From the NCBI GenBank assembly GCA_048941285.1, contig JBHLNS010000025.1:2891-47950 (forward strand): a stretch of 45,060 bases of DNA. Direction: 5' to 3'. The notes under the pieces are model-generated. The model searched no databases and was not told where the DNA came from. It saw only the letters and a program-made list of their open reading frames with translations. The position numbers and the translations under genes are program-made. Origin of the DNA: Promethearchaeota archaeon (GTDB taxonomy: Archaea; Asgardarchaeota; Lokiarchaeia; Sigyniarchaeales; SOKP01). Shown here in pieces: positions 1 to 10,472 of this stretch (position 1 is its first letter; each line of letters opens with the position of its first letter).

Positions 1-132
1 AAAACCTAAGATTTCCCCTATATGAGTAATATCACATGCTGCAACAACCTCTATTTCCTGATCCATTAACGCTAATTTACTTATTAACCTGCTTGTGGTT
101 CCAGTTGGTCCTAAAATTAATAATTTAATCAA
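1..132 (-). CDS. dapB: 4-hydroxy-tetrahydrodipicolinate reductase, N-terminal part (runs off the window edge)
   Basis: Manual translation from TTG at 132 gives (M)IKLLILGPTGTTSRLISKLALMDQEIEVVAACD..., a Rossmann-type N-terminus. AAGGAG SD lies upstream, and the gene directly follows dapA. Confidence 0.75.
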   Translation of the reverse strand, partial: MIKLLILGPTGTTSRLISKLALMDQEIEVVAACDITHIGEILGF

Positions 133-153
133 AATTGCATTAATCTCCTTGAA

Positions 154-1068
154 TTAAATTAAATTTAATGTTTTCAATACACTTATAATTTTTGATTGAT
201 TTTCCGCTAAAGGAGGAGTAAGTGGTAATCTCATCCTTTTATTCATTAATCCCATGATCTCAGCAGCAAATTTTACTGGTCCTGGGTTTGATTCGATGAA
301 GAGAACTTTGAATAAATCATAGAGTTCTAATTGCATTTTTCTTGCTTTTTCCCAATCACTATTTATTATACTATGGGTAAATTCTAACATTTTTGAAGGA
401 ATAATATTTGAGGCAACACTTATCACCCCTTTTCCACCTAAAGCCATTATATGATACGTCATACTGTCATCACCGCTTAAAACTATGAAATCATTTGGAG
501 TGGTCTTCATGATTCTTGTAATTTGATCAATATTTCCACTAGCGCATTTTATCCCTATTATATTATCTTTTGCATAGGCCAGTTTAGATAAAGTTTCAGG
601 CTCTAAATTTGTCCCCGTTCGACTTGGAACATTATATAAAATTATAGGGAGGGATACAGAATCCGCTATCGCAGAAAAATGATCTATTAGGGAGTGTTGA
701 GTTGGTTTATTATAATACGGCACTACTATTAGGATTCCATCCGCACCAGCTTTTTCAGCATATCTAGATAAGGATATAGCTTCTTTTGTCGAGTTGCTTC
801 CTGTTCCAACTAATACAAAAGGGTCTTTATCACTTTTATTTGCCTCATCGATGGCAATATCCATGGCAATGTGGTGTTCTTCATGAGACATTGTAGCGCT
901 CTCTCCAGTAGTACCCATTGTTAAAATCTGACATCCATTATCAACTTGGAATCGTATGAATTCTCTATATTTTTCCTCATCGATTAATAGATCATCTTTA
1001 AATGGTGTTATCATAGCGGTTATTACATTTTTCAGTTTATCTATCTTTCGCATTAGAATCATTCTCAT
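154..1068 (-). CDS. dapA: 4-hydroxy-tetrahydrodipicolinate synthase
   Basis: AMITPF, GTTGES, PYYNKP, YNVPSRTG, catalytic GIK, SGDD and NPGPVK motifs. The true start may be the ATG at 1053. Confidence 0.95.
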   Translation of the reverse strand: MRMILMRKIDKLKNVITAMITPFKDDLLIDEEKYREFIRFQVDNGCQILTMGTTGESATMSHEEHHIAMDIAIDEANKSDKDPFVLVGTGSNSTKEAISLSRYAEKAGADGILIVVPYYNKPTQHSLIDHFSAIADSVSLPIILYNVPSRTGTNLEPETLSKLAYAKDNIIGIKCASGNIDQITRIMKTTPNDFIVLSGDDSMTYHIMALGGKGVISVASNIIPSKMLEFTHSIINSDWEKARKMQLELYDLFKVLFIESNPGPVKFAAEIMGLMNKRMRLPLTPPLAENQSKIISVLKTLNLI

Positions 1069-1205
1069 TTTTTAAAATAGATAAATTAAAAAAATTATTA
1101 GTAAATTTCCTATATAAGACTTTTTAATAGCAATTTATTTTTTTTTTAATTTATTTTTATTTTTATATAGTATTCATATTAAAAGAAAAAAATATATCAG
1201 ATATT

Positions 1206-2222
1206 ATGGAAATAAATCTATTAGATAAGTTTCAAGGCTGTTTATTAGGTGTAGCAATAGGAGATACCTTAGGCCATCCTTTTGAAGGTAAACTTCGTAG
1301 CCAAATTTATTCATATTTTGATGATTTTGAAGAGTTTATTCAGAATAATAAATCGATATTTAAAACATATACAGACGATACACAGTTAACATTACATCTT
1401 GCAGAAGCGCTAATTAAAGGTAATGGATTTAGTATTGATTATATCATCAGAGAATTCATAAATTGGTTAGATGATCCTCCTATTGGCCCTGGTTATGGTT
1501 GTATATCTTCTATTCGTAAATTAAGATATGGAATTGACTGGGAACAAGCTGCATCTAATTCAGGGGGGAATGGTACAACCATGAGAATTGCACCAATTGG
1601 ATTACTGTATTGTAAAGATCCTAAAGCATTGAAAGCTGCTGCCGTAAAATCTAGTATAATAACTCATAATCACCCTGCAGCTTCAGCAGGGGCTATTGTT
1701 ATTGCTCATGCTATAGCATATCTAATTAAAAAAAATCCCGATACTGATTTCTCTGTTGAAGAGTTTTTTAACGTTATTATTGGTTCAATTTCTAATTCTC
1801 AAGATAAGATATGGAAAGAATTCACAGAAATTTTATTCAAATTAAAATCTAATCTAGATATGCCAATTGAATCGGGGCTCATAAAATTTTCTCAAGCCGG
1901 AGTAAAATCTCCATATTTTATTGAACAATATTTAGGTCAAGCGTTCGTTCATCCATATACAATAAGTACTGTTATATGTACGCTTTTTATCTTTTTAAAA
2001 AGGTTATCCTCTTTTAAAGAGTGTATTTTCGAACTCGCAACTGCAGGTGGGGATAGTGATACGGTAGGTGCAATTGGAGGAAGCTTAGCTGGCGCTTATT
2101 TTGGTTTACAAAAGATTCCACTTGATTTAGTGAAATTAGTTAAAAATAATAAGAAAATATCAAGAATAAGTGAGAACCTCTATAGAGTCTTTGAAAATAG
2201 ATTTTTAAAAAAAAGTATTTAA
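1206..2222 (+). CDS. ADP-ribosylglycohydrolase (DraG/ARH family)
   Basis: GxAIGDxLG, YTDDT, GNGxxMRIAP, THNHP and GGDSDT metal-binding motifs. Confidence 0.92.
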   Translation: MEINLLDKFQGCLLGVAIGDTLGHPFEGKLRSQIYSYFDDFEEFIQNNKSIFKTYTDDTQLTLHLAEALIKGNGFSIDYIIREFINWLDDPPIGPGYGCISSIRKLRYGIDWEQAASNSGGNGTTMRIAPIGLLYCKDPKALKAAAVKSSIITHNHPAASAGAIVIAHAIAYLIKKNPDTDFSVEEFFNVIIGSISNSQDKIWKEFTEILFKLKSNLDMPIESGLIKFSQAGVKSPYFIEQYLGQAFVHPYTISTVICTLFIFLKRLSSFKECIFELATAGGDSDTVGAIGGSLAGAYFGLQKIPLDLVKLVKNNKKISRISENLYRVFENRFLKKSI

Positions 2223-2801
2223 ATTGGCAAAGAAATTTGTTAATTGTTCAAGGCAAGAATCACAAAAACTTGGTGGTTTTTCATCAGTATCAGATAACGA
2301 ATTAGAGAACCGCATAATACAATAGTTATTACAATGCCCTAAATTGAAAGTGTGGCCAAGTTCATGAATTGCTTCTTTCAATACTCTCACTTCGAAAAGT
2401 TCATTATTATCGGTCCTTCTATAAAAACTTTCATTGAGTCTCTTAAGAGAAATTAGCGCAACTAATCGGTGCCCAGGGGCATGTCTTTGTGGGCTCATTG
2501 CTAATCCAAATACAAAATTTAACGAACTAGTAAATATATCATTATTGATTATACCTAAAATTCGAAAGCACGGATTATTCTTTGTATAATTGACAATTCT
2601 GTATAACATTTTTGAAGCATCATATTGCCGTCTTTGAATATTATATTCTGAATTATTGAGAGGAACTGTGTTATTGGGATTTTCAACAGCAATATTAAAT
2701 TCTTTAAAGGTTAATTCTATTTTTGATTTCAAATCATTTATAATAGATTGATCTACTTGCCCTATTTTTAGTAAACTGATAATTTTTTTCATTTTTAACA
2801 T
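2205..2801 (-). CDS. amzA: archaemetzincin family Zn-dependent metalloprotease
   Basis: RRQYDA, NFVFGLA, HELGHTFNLGHC, CIMRFS and FCxxC (metzincin site plus Cys4 zinc finger). Confidence 0.9.
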   Translation of the reverse strand: MLKMKKIISLLKIGQVDQSIINDLKSKIELTFKEFNIAVENPNNTVPLNNSEYNIQRRQYDASKMLYRIVNYTKNNPCFRILGIINNDIFTSSLNFVFGLAMSPQRHAPGHRLVALISLKRLNESFYRRTDNNELFEVRVLKEAIHELGHTFNLGHCNNYCIMRFSNSLSDTDEKPPSFCDSCLEQLTNFFANLNTFF

Positions 2802-2965
2802 TTAAAATGAGGATTTTAAAAAAACAAAAATGTAAATTAAAAAAATATTTTAATTTTTATTATTTGTATTAAATAATAAGTATTTTTTATACTAAGCTAC
2901 ATTTTATATTATTTTTTAACTTTAGAAACTAGAAAATCTCTAACAAGTAAAGCTTGTTTAGCAAT

Positions 2966-3067
2966 GGGAGGGTAGTCTAGCTTGGTATGATACTATAGAG
3001 TGGTTCTCTATAGCATGATTCTAGGTTTGGGACCTAGGGGTCGGGGGTTCAAATCCCCCCTCTCCCA
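2966..3067 (+). tRNA. tRNA-Pro(TGG) containing a 28-nt non-canonical intron (2992-3019)
   Basis: Acceptor stem GGGAGGG/CTCTCCC-A, D arm GTCT-AGCTTGGTA-TGAT, anticodon stem CTAGG/CCTAG with loop TT-TGG-GA, T arm GGGGG-TTCAAAT-CCCCC. The extra 28 nt form a bulge-helix-bulge. CCA is not encoded. Confidence 0.93.
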
Positions 3068-3089
3068 TATTTATCTTTCTAATAAGATC

Positions 3090-3404
3090 TTAACATGATG
3101 TCTTTCTATCTATAAAATCTTCAATTTCTATAGAATCGTCATTATTGAAATAAACCTCGGGTAGTATATCTTGAATTGTTGAAAAAATGTTTAAGATAAC
3201 TGCCGGATTTTCAGAGGTAATAATATAATACCTTAAAATTTTACTTAGTTTTGATATTTTAGTGTTGCTTTTAAAGAGATGAAAAATTTGAAGTATATCC
3301 TCCTCCAAATCTGAATTCTTTTGTATCCATGCTATTAGTCTCTTCCCTTTAACATGTTTGCTAGATTTAATTTTCAAAATTAATTTCATATAAAAATACT
3401 CCAA
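3090..3404 (-). CDS. hypothetical protein
   Basis: 104-aa ORF filling an otherwise empty gap, with plausible composition and no recognised motif. Confidence 0.6.
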   Translation of the reverse strand: MEYFYMKLILKIKSSKHVKGKRLIAWIQKNSDLEEDILQIFHLFKSNTKISKLSKILRYYIITSENPAVILNIFSTIQDILPEVYFNNDDSIEIEDFIDRKTSC

Positions 3405-3632
3405 TATTGCTTCTATTATTTAAATTAGTTATATAGCTAACTATTTAAACAAGAAGAATTTTAGTTTGGAAGTGCTACATCAATTCTCTTAAAAAGTAAA
3501 AAATGATTTAGTTATAAATTAACAGTTGATTGGTATTATTTTCCATGAAATATGTATTAAGTTTTTTTAAAGTTATAATAAATAATTAAATCTGTAAAAA
3601 TTGAATTATGAAATTATAATTGGTATATTATT

Positions 3633-4409
3633 TTGAAGTTTAAAGAGTTGGAAATATCATTTCTAAAATCTAGAAATTCAAAATTTAGAAAAATATTGTT
3701 TTTAATTTTAAGTGTAACCCCAGTTTCTTTCTTAATGAAGTATGTATCTGAATGGACTCACGAATTTTTAGGGCACTGTGGAATAGGATTTTTAGTTGGA
3801 GGAAACCCAACAAGTTATTATGTTTCTTGGATATGGCCTTTAGAATTTGGATATGCGTCGGTTTCATTCCCAATTGGGGCAAGTAATATTTCAAGAGCGC
3901 TTACGGCAAGTGGGGGGATTATTACTTGTCTTGTAGCGGCTATATCTAGCAATATTCTTATTTATTATTTATTAAGGAAAAAAGAGATTAGATCAAATAT
4001 AATTTTTATTGCACTTCATATTGCTTTTTGGTATGGATTTTGGGCATTTATGAACTCAACAGGTTATTTGTTGATTGGTAGTTTATTAAATTTTGGTGAT
4101 ATTCGAAATATTGCGAATTATGCTCAAATTTCACACTTTATTTTTTTAATTCCAGGTTTTTTAGCCTTAATTTTTTTTTATTACATAATTTCCATTAATT
4201 TCAGCTTATTATTTAAACCATTATCAAATTTAAGGATTAAATGGATATTGGTGATATTTTGGTTATTGATACCATTCATTTCTATTTTCTTTTCATTAAA
4301 TGCTTCTATAAATATACCAAAAAATTTAGTTATCTTACTTTTTGCTATAATGTTTATACCAAGTATAGTGTCATTAATTATTACAAAAAGAATTATTTCC
4401 GATGCTTAA
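3633..4409 (+). CDS. membrane protein, putative M50-like (site-2 type) zinc metallopeptidase
   Basis: About 6 hydrophobic helices, HEFLGH within or after TM1, a downstream ASGG turn and a GD motif. Confidence 0.65.
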   Translation: MKFKELEISFLKSRNSKFRKILFLILSVTPVSFLMKYVSEWTHEFLGHCGIGFLVGGNPTSYYVSWIWPLEFGYASVSFPIGASNISRALTASGGIITCLVAAISSNILIYYLLRKKEIRSNIIFIALHIAFWYGFWAFMNSTGYLLIGSLLNFGDIRNIANYAQISHFIFLIPGFLALIFFYYIISINFSLLFKPLSNLRIKWILVIFWLLIPFISIFFSLNASINIPKNLVILLFAIMFIPSIVSLIITKRIISDA

Positions 4410-4445
4410 TATCGAAATCTTTGCATATTTTAAATCTTAAATTAT

Positions 4446-5519
4446 TTACTTTAAGAATTTCTTTAATTCATTCGCAATTTTTTCAGTTTTTTTATCCTTT
4501 ATCCAGTATCGGATTTTTGGAGATCTAAGAAAAGTTTGAATTTTCTCATCTAATTCATTTAATTTTTTTTTATCCTCATCTGATAATTGTGGAATCGCTT
4601 CTTCTATCTCTTTTTTTACTTTTTTGACTTCCTCTTCAATAATTGGGATTTGTATTTGCTCTTTGCCTTGAATTAATGCTTTTTGAAGAATTTCTTTAAT
4701 ATTTATTATCCAACCTTGAATCCAAGGATAATTTCCTCTTTTTCTAGGATTTTTTATTATAACATCTTTTCTATCAACAATAATCAAATCATCGGGGCAA
4801 GAATTTTCACAAGCACCACAATAAAAACACTCATCTTCATTACAGGCGATTTTCCCATATTTTTTAACATCTTCAGCACTTTCAGGAATGAAAAATGATT
4901 CAGTTGGGCAAATATTAACACACGCTTTACATCCTTGCGGATCGCACTTATGAAGCATATTTTTTTTTATTATGACTTCTCCTTTTATAGGGGAATCAAT
5001 TGAAAAACAATGAACAGGACATTCCTTTTGAATTTTAAAGAAATCTCTAATATTATTTCTATTTCTGACAGTTAAACACAGTTGACATATGTCATTTTTA
5101 GAATCTTCAATGCATTTTTTCAAATCAATTTTAAAAAACTTACCAATTGACGGAAATTCATCAAGATTGATTTGCTCTTCAGGAGTAATAGTTTCATGAA
5201 ATGCATCATTTGGACAGACTATTGCACATAGCATACAATAACAACATTTTTCGTGATCAATTAGAATTTTTGGATTACTTTCATCTAATATTCCTTGAGC
5301 AATATCTGGAATTGGCCCAATTTCAATTGCGTCAACAGGACAAACTACTTTGCATAAGGAGCATCCTATACATCGTTTTATGTCATATGTAAGTCTTTTA
5401 TCAACATTTTGAAATTTCCATTTAAGAATTAATTGTTCGGGTGAGATTTCTATACTTTTTTCGATGGATTTTTTCTCTTCATCAAGAGATTTATCATTAG
5501 TATGTGTTTGTGTAATAAT
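4446..5519 (-). CDS. polyferredoxin, FwdF-like multi-[4Fe-4S] protein
   Basis: The frame stays open ~95 codons upstream of the tracked ATG (5234) and adds CIGCSLCKVVCP and CCYCMLCAIVCP. Further CxxCxxCxxxCP motifs lie downstream. The LIW...YD..RCIGC..CP..AIEIGP...IAQG pattern is FwdF-like. The start must be non-canonical (ATT at 5519/5516 or a nearby ATA). Confidence 0.8.
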   Translation of the reverse strand: MITQTHTNDKSLDEEKKSIEKSIEISPEQLILKWKFQNVDKRLTYDIKRCIGCSLCKVVCPVDAIEIGPIPDIAQGILDESNPKILIDHEKCCYCMLCAIVCPNDAFHETITPEEQINLDEFPSIGKFFKIDLKKCIEDSKNDICQLCLTVRNRNNIRDFFKIQKECPVHCFSIDSPIKGEVIIKKNMLHKCDPQGCKACVNICPTESFFIPESAEDVKKYGKIACNEDECFYCGACENSCPDDLIIVDRKDVIIKNPRKRGNYPWIQGWIINIKEILQKALIQGKEQIQIPIIEEEVKKVKKEIEEAIPQLSDEDKKKLNELDEKIQTFLRSPKIRYWIKDKKTEKIANELKKFLK

Positions 5520-5789
5520 TTTTCCCTTTTCTTATTTAATGATTGTATCCTAAGTTCATTTAAACAAAAAATACAAAAAAAATTTACGATAATGGATTTT
5601 AATTGCATTAGGTATTTATGTTTTTACTTAATAACCCAATATCCAATTAACTTTTTTTTAGATGTTAAAGCATAAATATTATTATTTCTGTAATCCGCTT
5701 GTAAAATTATAAAGTAAAATATTGTGTATTCTCAAAAACCAAATGAGCGAATTTTGAAAAGGGTTAACTATACATAAGGTGATATAAGG

Positions 5790-6104
5790 ATTAAAACCAT
5801 CTTTATTGATAAAGATGATAGAGATCTTCAAAGATTATATGCCCTCTTGTTAAGAATATTTAGATTTCGCGTGCTAGATATTGTTAACAATGGAGATGAG
5901 GTAATAAAAATGTTCTGAACTTTTCCTGAAAAACCAGATATAAGAATTTTAGACTACGGAATGCCAATAAAAAATGGATGGAACGCCTAAAAAAATAGTC
6001 AAACAATAAAAGAAGAATTTTATTCTTATAGTGCAAAGGACTTCCTAGATAAGCCATTTACTCATAATAAATTATTTAATACCCTTAATGATATTTTAAG
6101 TTAA
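5790..6104 (+). pseudogene. degraded CheY-like response regulator receiver domain
   Basis: One frame reads IKTIFIDKDDRDLQRLY...NNGDEVIKMF*TFPEKPDIRILDYGMPIKNGWNA*KNSQ...SAKDFLDKPF. Stops at 5916 (TGA) and 5988 (TAA), the beta4 region is missing, and a GGTGA SD lies upstream. Confidence 0.8.
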
Positions 6105-6173
6105 AATAATTTACTACCCGCAATAAATTATTTTAATTGAATAAAAAGGATTTATATGAATAGATTAATTTTC

Positions 6174-6674
6174 TCACGAATAATAGTCATAACTATCAAG
6201 ATCAAAATTATGTATATATTCAATTGGAATTCCATCAGGATTAAGATCTGGAGGAGCATAAATTAAGGGCATATTAGGAAAATATGCACCAATACCATTT
6301 TTTGCTAAAATTATCGCAGGATGGTCAGTTTCTTTAAACACCTTCTCACTTATTCTGAGTGTAATGGTTCTACATAATTGCTCATTTAGAATCCCTAAGG
6401 AATGAATATATTCATGTAATAGAATATGATATGTATAAGCCCAGACAATTTCATAAGGTTGTTCTTCTAATATAATTTCTAAAGGAGTTTTATTCATTAC
6501 TATATCTGTACCCGGATTAAAGTGCATTCCCCCAATAAAACCACCTCTATACATACCCATTTCGACTAGACCAAGGCTTAATCCGGCCCGATGACGCCCA
6601 TAAACGACTTTTACGTCTTTTTTAACCTTTTGAAATATCTTAGGCATTTCTTTTTTTAATTGGTGTAAATTCAT
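6174..6674 (-). CDS. conserved archaeal zincin-like metallopeptidase domain protein
   Basis: HILLHEYIHSLG (HExxH) motif and RAGLSLGL/GFIGG region. The likely start is ATG 6674; the track gives 6737. Confidence 0.7.
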   Translation of the reverse strand: MNLHQLKKEMPKIFQKVKKDVKVVYGRHRAGLSLGLVEMGMYRGGFIGGMHFNPGTDIVMNKTPLEIILEEQPYEIVWAYTYHILLHEYIHSLGILNEQLCRTITLRISEKVFKETDHPAIILAKNGIGAYFPNMPLIYAPPDLNPDGIPIEYIHNFDLDSYDYYS

Positions 6675-6718
6675 TATTCCACTAATAGTTCTAGGTACTT
6701 TAATTTTAAATAAATATA

Positions 6719-7516
6719 TTAGAGGTCGAAGAACCAAAAATCATCTTCATCTTCTCTTAAGAAATCCATCAATTTTGATAAATCTCTAAGGAGATGTCTG
6801 ATTGAAACTTTATGTTGATCTCTTCTAATAGGTCCCATTTCTGAGAAAAACATATCATCTAATAATTTATCGATATTTATTCTATCGAAATATTTTATTG
6901 GATTGTAAAAGAGTGTATAAAAAATTTCTTTCTCTAAATTAGGTTGTTCTTTTGTTTTTAAGTCTTCTTCATATTGATCTCGTATGATATTCTTTAATTC
7001 AAATATAATACATTCTTTATTACGTATAAGAATATTTCTTTCTTGTTCTAAACTACTCAATTTTTGTTCAATTTGCTTAATTTTTTCCCCTAGAAATCTG
7101 AGTTTTTTATCGGGATGCTTGATTTTTTTATAATCAATATCAAATCCAGTATCTTTTAGTTCTAAATGATCTTCAGCTTCACTTATTTTGTTGACATTAA
7201 AATGCATATTATAATAATCTGGAGTTATATCAATTCTCAAAGATATATTACTATTAATTCGATATTTAATATTTCGTGGATCATCTCCAAAACTTTCAAT
7301 TATACCATAATCAGAAAGCATTTTAAGTTGACTATGAATCGCTTGTCTAGAAATTTTTTTACCAAATGAACCTGCTAACTCCGAAGCACCTAATGGAACT
7401 TTAGCTAATTTAGATAGAATAATTCTTCTTGTAGGGTTCCCTAATATTTCAAGTAAATTATCTATACTAAGAAACGCATTTTCTTCTTCTTGTTTTTCTA
7501 ATTCCATCAGATTCAC
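6719..7516 (-). CDS. ArsR-family winged-HTH regulator, Phr/HSR1-like heat-shock regulator
   Basis: LLEILGNPTRRIIL...ELA...SRQAIHSQLKML...GII wHTH, then LRIDITP and a coiled coil as in Pyrococcus Phr. Lies downstream of cdc48 and hsp20. Confidence 0.8.
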   Translation of the reverse strand: MNLMELEKQEEENAFLSIDNLLEILGNPTRRIILSKLAKVPLGASELAGSFGKKISRQAIHSQLKMLSDYGIIESFGDDPRNIKYRINSNISLRIDITPDYYNMHFNVNKISEAEDHLELKDTGFDIDYKKIKHPDKKLRFLGEKIKQIEQKLSSLEQERNILIRNKECIIFELKNIIRDQYEEDLKTKEQPNLEKEIFYTLFYNPIKYFDRINIDKLLDDMFFSEMGPIRRDQHKVSIRHLLRDLSKLMDFLREDEDDFWFFDL

Positions 7517-7558
7517 TTCCTTTTTATATCTTAATTATTTGATAAAAATAAATAAATT

Positions 7559-9784
7559 TTAACGGTATAAATCTTCTGAAGGTTCTTTTGCGTAGATTTC
7601 ATGAGATTTTTTAGCCTTGTCAGCTGATTTCAATATCTTTTCAATAGATTCATCAAATTCTTCTTTTGAAATTTTTACAATTTTAACTGATTCTGCACTC
7701 TGCGTATTTATACTTGTATCAGCAACTGCTTTACGAATTGTTAAAAGAGTCGCTTCTTCACAAATTGCTTGAATATCAGCTCCAGTATATCCTTCCAAAT
7801 TTTGCGCCATCTGGTTGATATCTACATTCTTAGCTAAAGGTTTATTTTTAAGATGAATTTTGAATATTTCTACTCTTGCATCCTTATCAGGCATAGGGAT
7901 TTCAATATGTCTACCAAATCTTCCTGAACGTAATAATGCCGGATCTAACATATCAGATCGATTTGTTGCGGCAAGTAAAATTACATCTTTTAGACTTTCT
8001 AAACCATCCATCTCTGTTAATAATTGTGAAACAACCTGTTCGGTTACTTGAGAACTAGCAAATCTACCCCTCATTCCTGCTATTGCATCAATTTCATCGA
8101 AAAAGATTATACAAGGAGCGGCAGATCTTGCCTTTCGAAATGTTTCCCTTACTGCTTTTTCACTTTCTCCTACCCATTTAGATAAAAATTCAGGTCCTTT
8201 AACTGAGATAAAATTTACTTCACTTTCATGAGCTAGTGCTTTAGCTAAAAGCGTTTTTCCAGTTCCAGGAGGGCCATAAAGTAATATACCACTAGGCGGT
8301 TTAGAATTTAAATGATTATATAATTCCGGATATTTTAAAGGCCATTCTATTACTTCTCTTAGCTGTTGTTTAGCATCTTCTAAGCCACCAATATCGTCCC
8401 ATGTTTCAGTAGGTTGACTAATTAATACTTCTCTTAAAGCTGAGGGTTCAATACTAGTTCTTGCTGCTTCAAAGTGCTTCATTTTAATTTGAAGTTCCAT
8501 TAATACTTCAATTGGTATGGGTTTATCCAGATTAATTCTTGGTAATAATTCTCTTATTGCTAACATTGCAGCTTCCTTAGCTAAGGCTTCAATATCTGCT
8601 CCTACAAATCCATGTGTTTTTTCTGCTATTAGACGAAGATCAACATCACCGTATAAAGGCATTCCACGCGTATGGATCAATAAGATCTCGTATCGTCCAT
8701 CAGTATCAGGAACTCCAATCTCAATTTCTCTATCAAATCTCCCTGGGCGTCTGAGGGCGGGATCAATATCATTTACTCTATTTGTTGCACCAATCACAAT
8801 GACTTGACCTCTCCCTTCTAAACCATCTAATAAAGAAAGTAATTGAGCTACAACTCTTCTCTCAACTTCACCAGTGACTTCTCCCCTCTTAGGTGCTATT
8901 GAATCTAATTCATCTATAAATATTATTGAAGGGGCCATCTCTTTAGATTTTTCAAAAACTTTCCTGAGATTTTCTTCACTCTGACCATAAAATTTACTCA
9001 TAATTTCTGGTCCACTTATTGTTTCAAAATGAGCATCTGTTTCTCCAGCAACGGCTCTTGCAAGTAAAGTTTTCCCTGTACCGGGTGGACCATGAAGTAA
9101 TACTCCTTTTGGAGGGTCAATACCAATTCTTTTGAATAATTCCGGGTGCCTTATGGGTAATTCAATCATTTCACGTATTCTTTGGATTTCTTCTTCTAAA
9201 CCACCAATATCTTCATATGTAACTTTTCTTTTTTCTAATTCTTCAAGTTCTTTACTACTTTTTTCTGACATTGATATCTTTGTATCTAAATCAATCCTAA
9301 CTGCATCTGCTTTAGGATAATAATCAATAACAACAAGATCTATTCTACGACCCATAGCGTTAAAACTTAAGATGTCACCTCTAGTAACAACCCGATTTTC
9401 TAATATCTGAGTTAATTGTTGAGGAGTTCTTAAAATAATTGACTCTTCCAATCCTGCAAATGTTATCCTTTCAGCTAAACTAGCTTCTATTTTGCGAATT
9501 TCTACAATATCATCCAATGAAGCAGCGATATTTCTCCTCAAGGAAGAATCGATCCTGATTGTATTTGTGCCTTTATCTTCGATCCTTCCAGGATATAATA
9601 AAGCAGCTGTCTTTTTCCCTACTACTTGATGAGATATTTCAAGAACATCACCAGTTCGAAGTTCAAGATTTTCTATTATTTCAGGATCTAATCTTACCCT
9701 ACCTCTTCCAGCATCTCCTTTATAAGCGTCTTTTATTCTTACTTTTATTCCATCTCCCTTATATTCACGAGTCATTCCACTCAT
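7559..9784 (-). CDS. cdc48: CDC48/p97/VAT AAA+ ATPase
   Basis: N-domain ([10 protein letters not shown]), two AAA modules each with GPPGTGKT, Walker B FIDELD/FFDEID, and [14 protein letters not shown]. Confidence 0.97.
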   Translation of the reverse strand: MSGMTREYKGDGIKVRIKDAYKGDAGRGRVRLDPEIIENLELRTGDVLEISHQVVGKKTAALLYPGRIEDKGTNTIRIDSSLRRNIAASLDDIVEIRKIEASLAERITFAGLEESIILRTPQQLTQILENRVVTRGDILSFNAMGRRIDLVVIDYYPKADAVRIDLDTKISMSEKSSKELEELEKRKVTYEDIGGLEEEIQRIREMIELPIRHPELFKRIGIDPPKGVLLHGPPGTGKTLLARAVAGETDAHFETISGPEIMSKFYGQSEENLRKVFEKSKEMAPSIIFIDELDSIAPKRGEVTGEVERRVVAQLLSLLDGLEGRGQVIVIGATNRVNDIDPALRRPGRFDREIEIGVPDTDGRYEILLIHTRGMPLYGDVDLRLIAEKTHGFVGADIEALAKEAAMLAIRELLPRINLDKPIPIEVLMELQIKMKHFEAARTSIEPSALREVLISQPTETWDDIGGLEDAKQQLREVIEWPLKYPELYNHLNSKPPSGILLYGPPGTGKTLLAKALAHESEVNFISVKGPEFLSKWVGESEKAVRETFRKARSAAPCIIFFDEIDAIAGMRGRFASSQVTEQVVSQLLTEMDGLESLKDVILLAATNRSDMLDPALLRSGRFGRHIEIPMPDKDARVEIFKIHLKNKPLAKNVDINQMAQNLEGYTGADIQAICEEATLLTIRKAVADTSINTQSAESVKIVKISKEEFDESIEKILKSADKAKKSHEIYAKEPSEDLYR

Positions 9785-9860
9785 TCCTATTCATCACGTA
9801 AATTTTATTTTTGTTTACTATAGAGTTATTAATTAATCTAAACTAAATAAGTATTAATTT

Positions 9861-10472
9861 TTATTTATCCAATTTCTTTACTGTAATTATTCCTAGTCCA
9901 TTTTTCACTTCCATTTCATAATTTCCAACACAAGTTTTAAATGGCAAATCTATAGTTTTCTTATATCTTCTAATATTATTTTCAGCATTAAATATTAATT
10001 TAGTGCCTTTTTCACTTATATTAATCTTAGCATCTTCTTCATTTATCCCAGGAATCTCTAAAATAATTTCTAAATACTCTTTTTTCTCATTTATCTCAAT
10101 TAGAGGTTCTAATATTATTATATCATCTTCCTGTCCAGTAAAATCTAAAGAAAGTTGGTCAACATCAAATTCTTGCTTAGAGCTACTCTCAAATCTTTTT
10201 TCTAAAGGTTGATATTTAGATAAATCAATATTTCTTAAATATTCTCGAATTTTTTTATCATCAATGTTTCCTTCAATCTTAAACTCTGGATTTTTCATTC
10301 CCGTTTCAAAATGATAAGATATCTTAAATCCCTCCGCTTTATTGTCTTTGGGGTTTACTTTTAGATTATTCTTTGATTCTGGAATGAATAAAAAATCGAC
10401 ATCAAATACATCTGTATCTAATTTAAAATATTTCCTAAGAGCATCAATTATATCATCAAATTCATCCGACAC
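9861..10472 (-). CDS. hsp20: Hsp20/alpha-crystallin small heat-shock protein (archaeal type)
   Basis: GFKISY...P...IEGN N-terminal motif, EPLIEI...ILEIPGI and KNGLGII alpha-crystallin motifs. The start is probably GTG 10472 after a GGTGA SD. Confidence 0.8.
   Translation of the reverse strand: MSDEFDDIIDALRKYFKLDTDVFDVDFLFIPESKNNLKVNPKDNKAEGFKISYHFETGMKNPEFKIEGNIDDKKIREYLRNIDLSKYQPLEKRFESSSKQEFDVDQLSLDFTGQEDDIIILEPLIEINEKKEYLEIILEIPGINEEDAKINISEKGTKLIFNAENNIRRYKKTIDLPFKTCVGNYEMEVKNGLGIITVKKLDK

Noticed and set aside
2966-3090. tRNA as integration site of a mobile element
   Set aside because: No integrase and no duplicated tRNA 3' end were noticed in the window.
5916-5918. In-frame TGA as possible selenocysteine
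   Set aside because: It is not at a Cys position, the same frame also has a TAA and a deletion, and no SECIS-like hairpin was seen.
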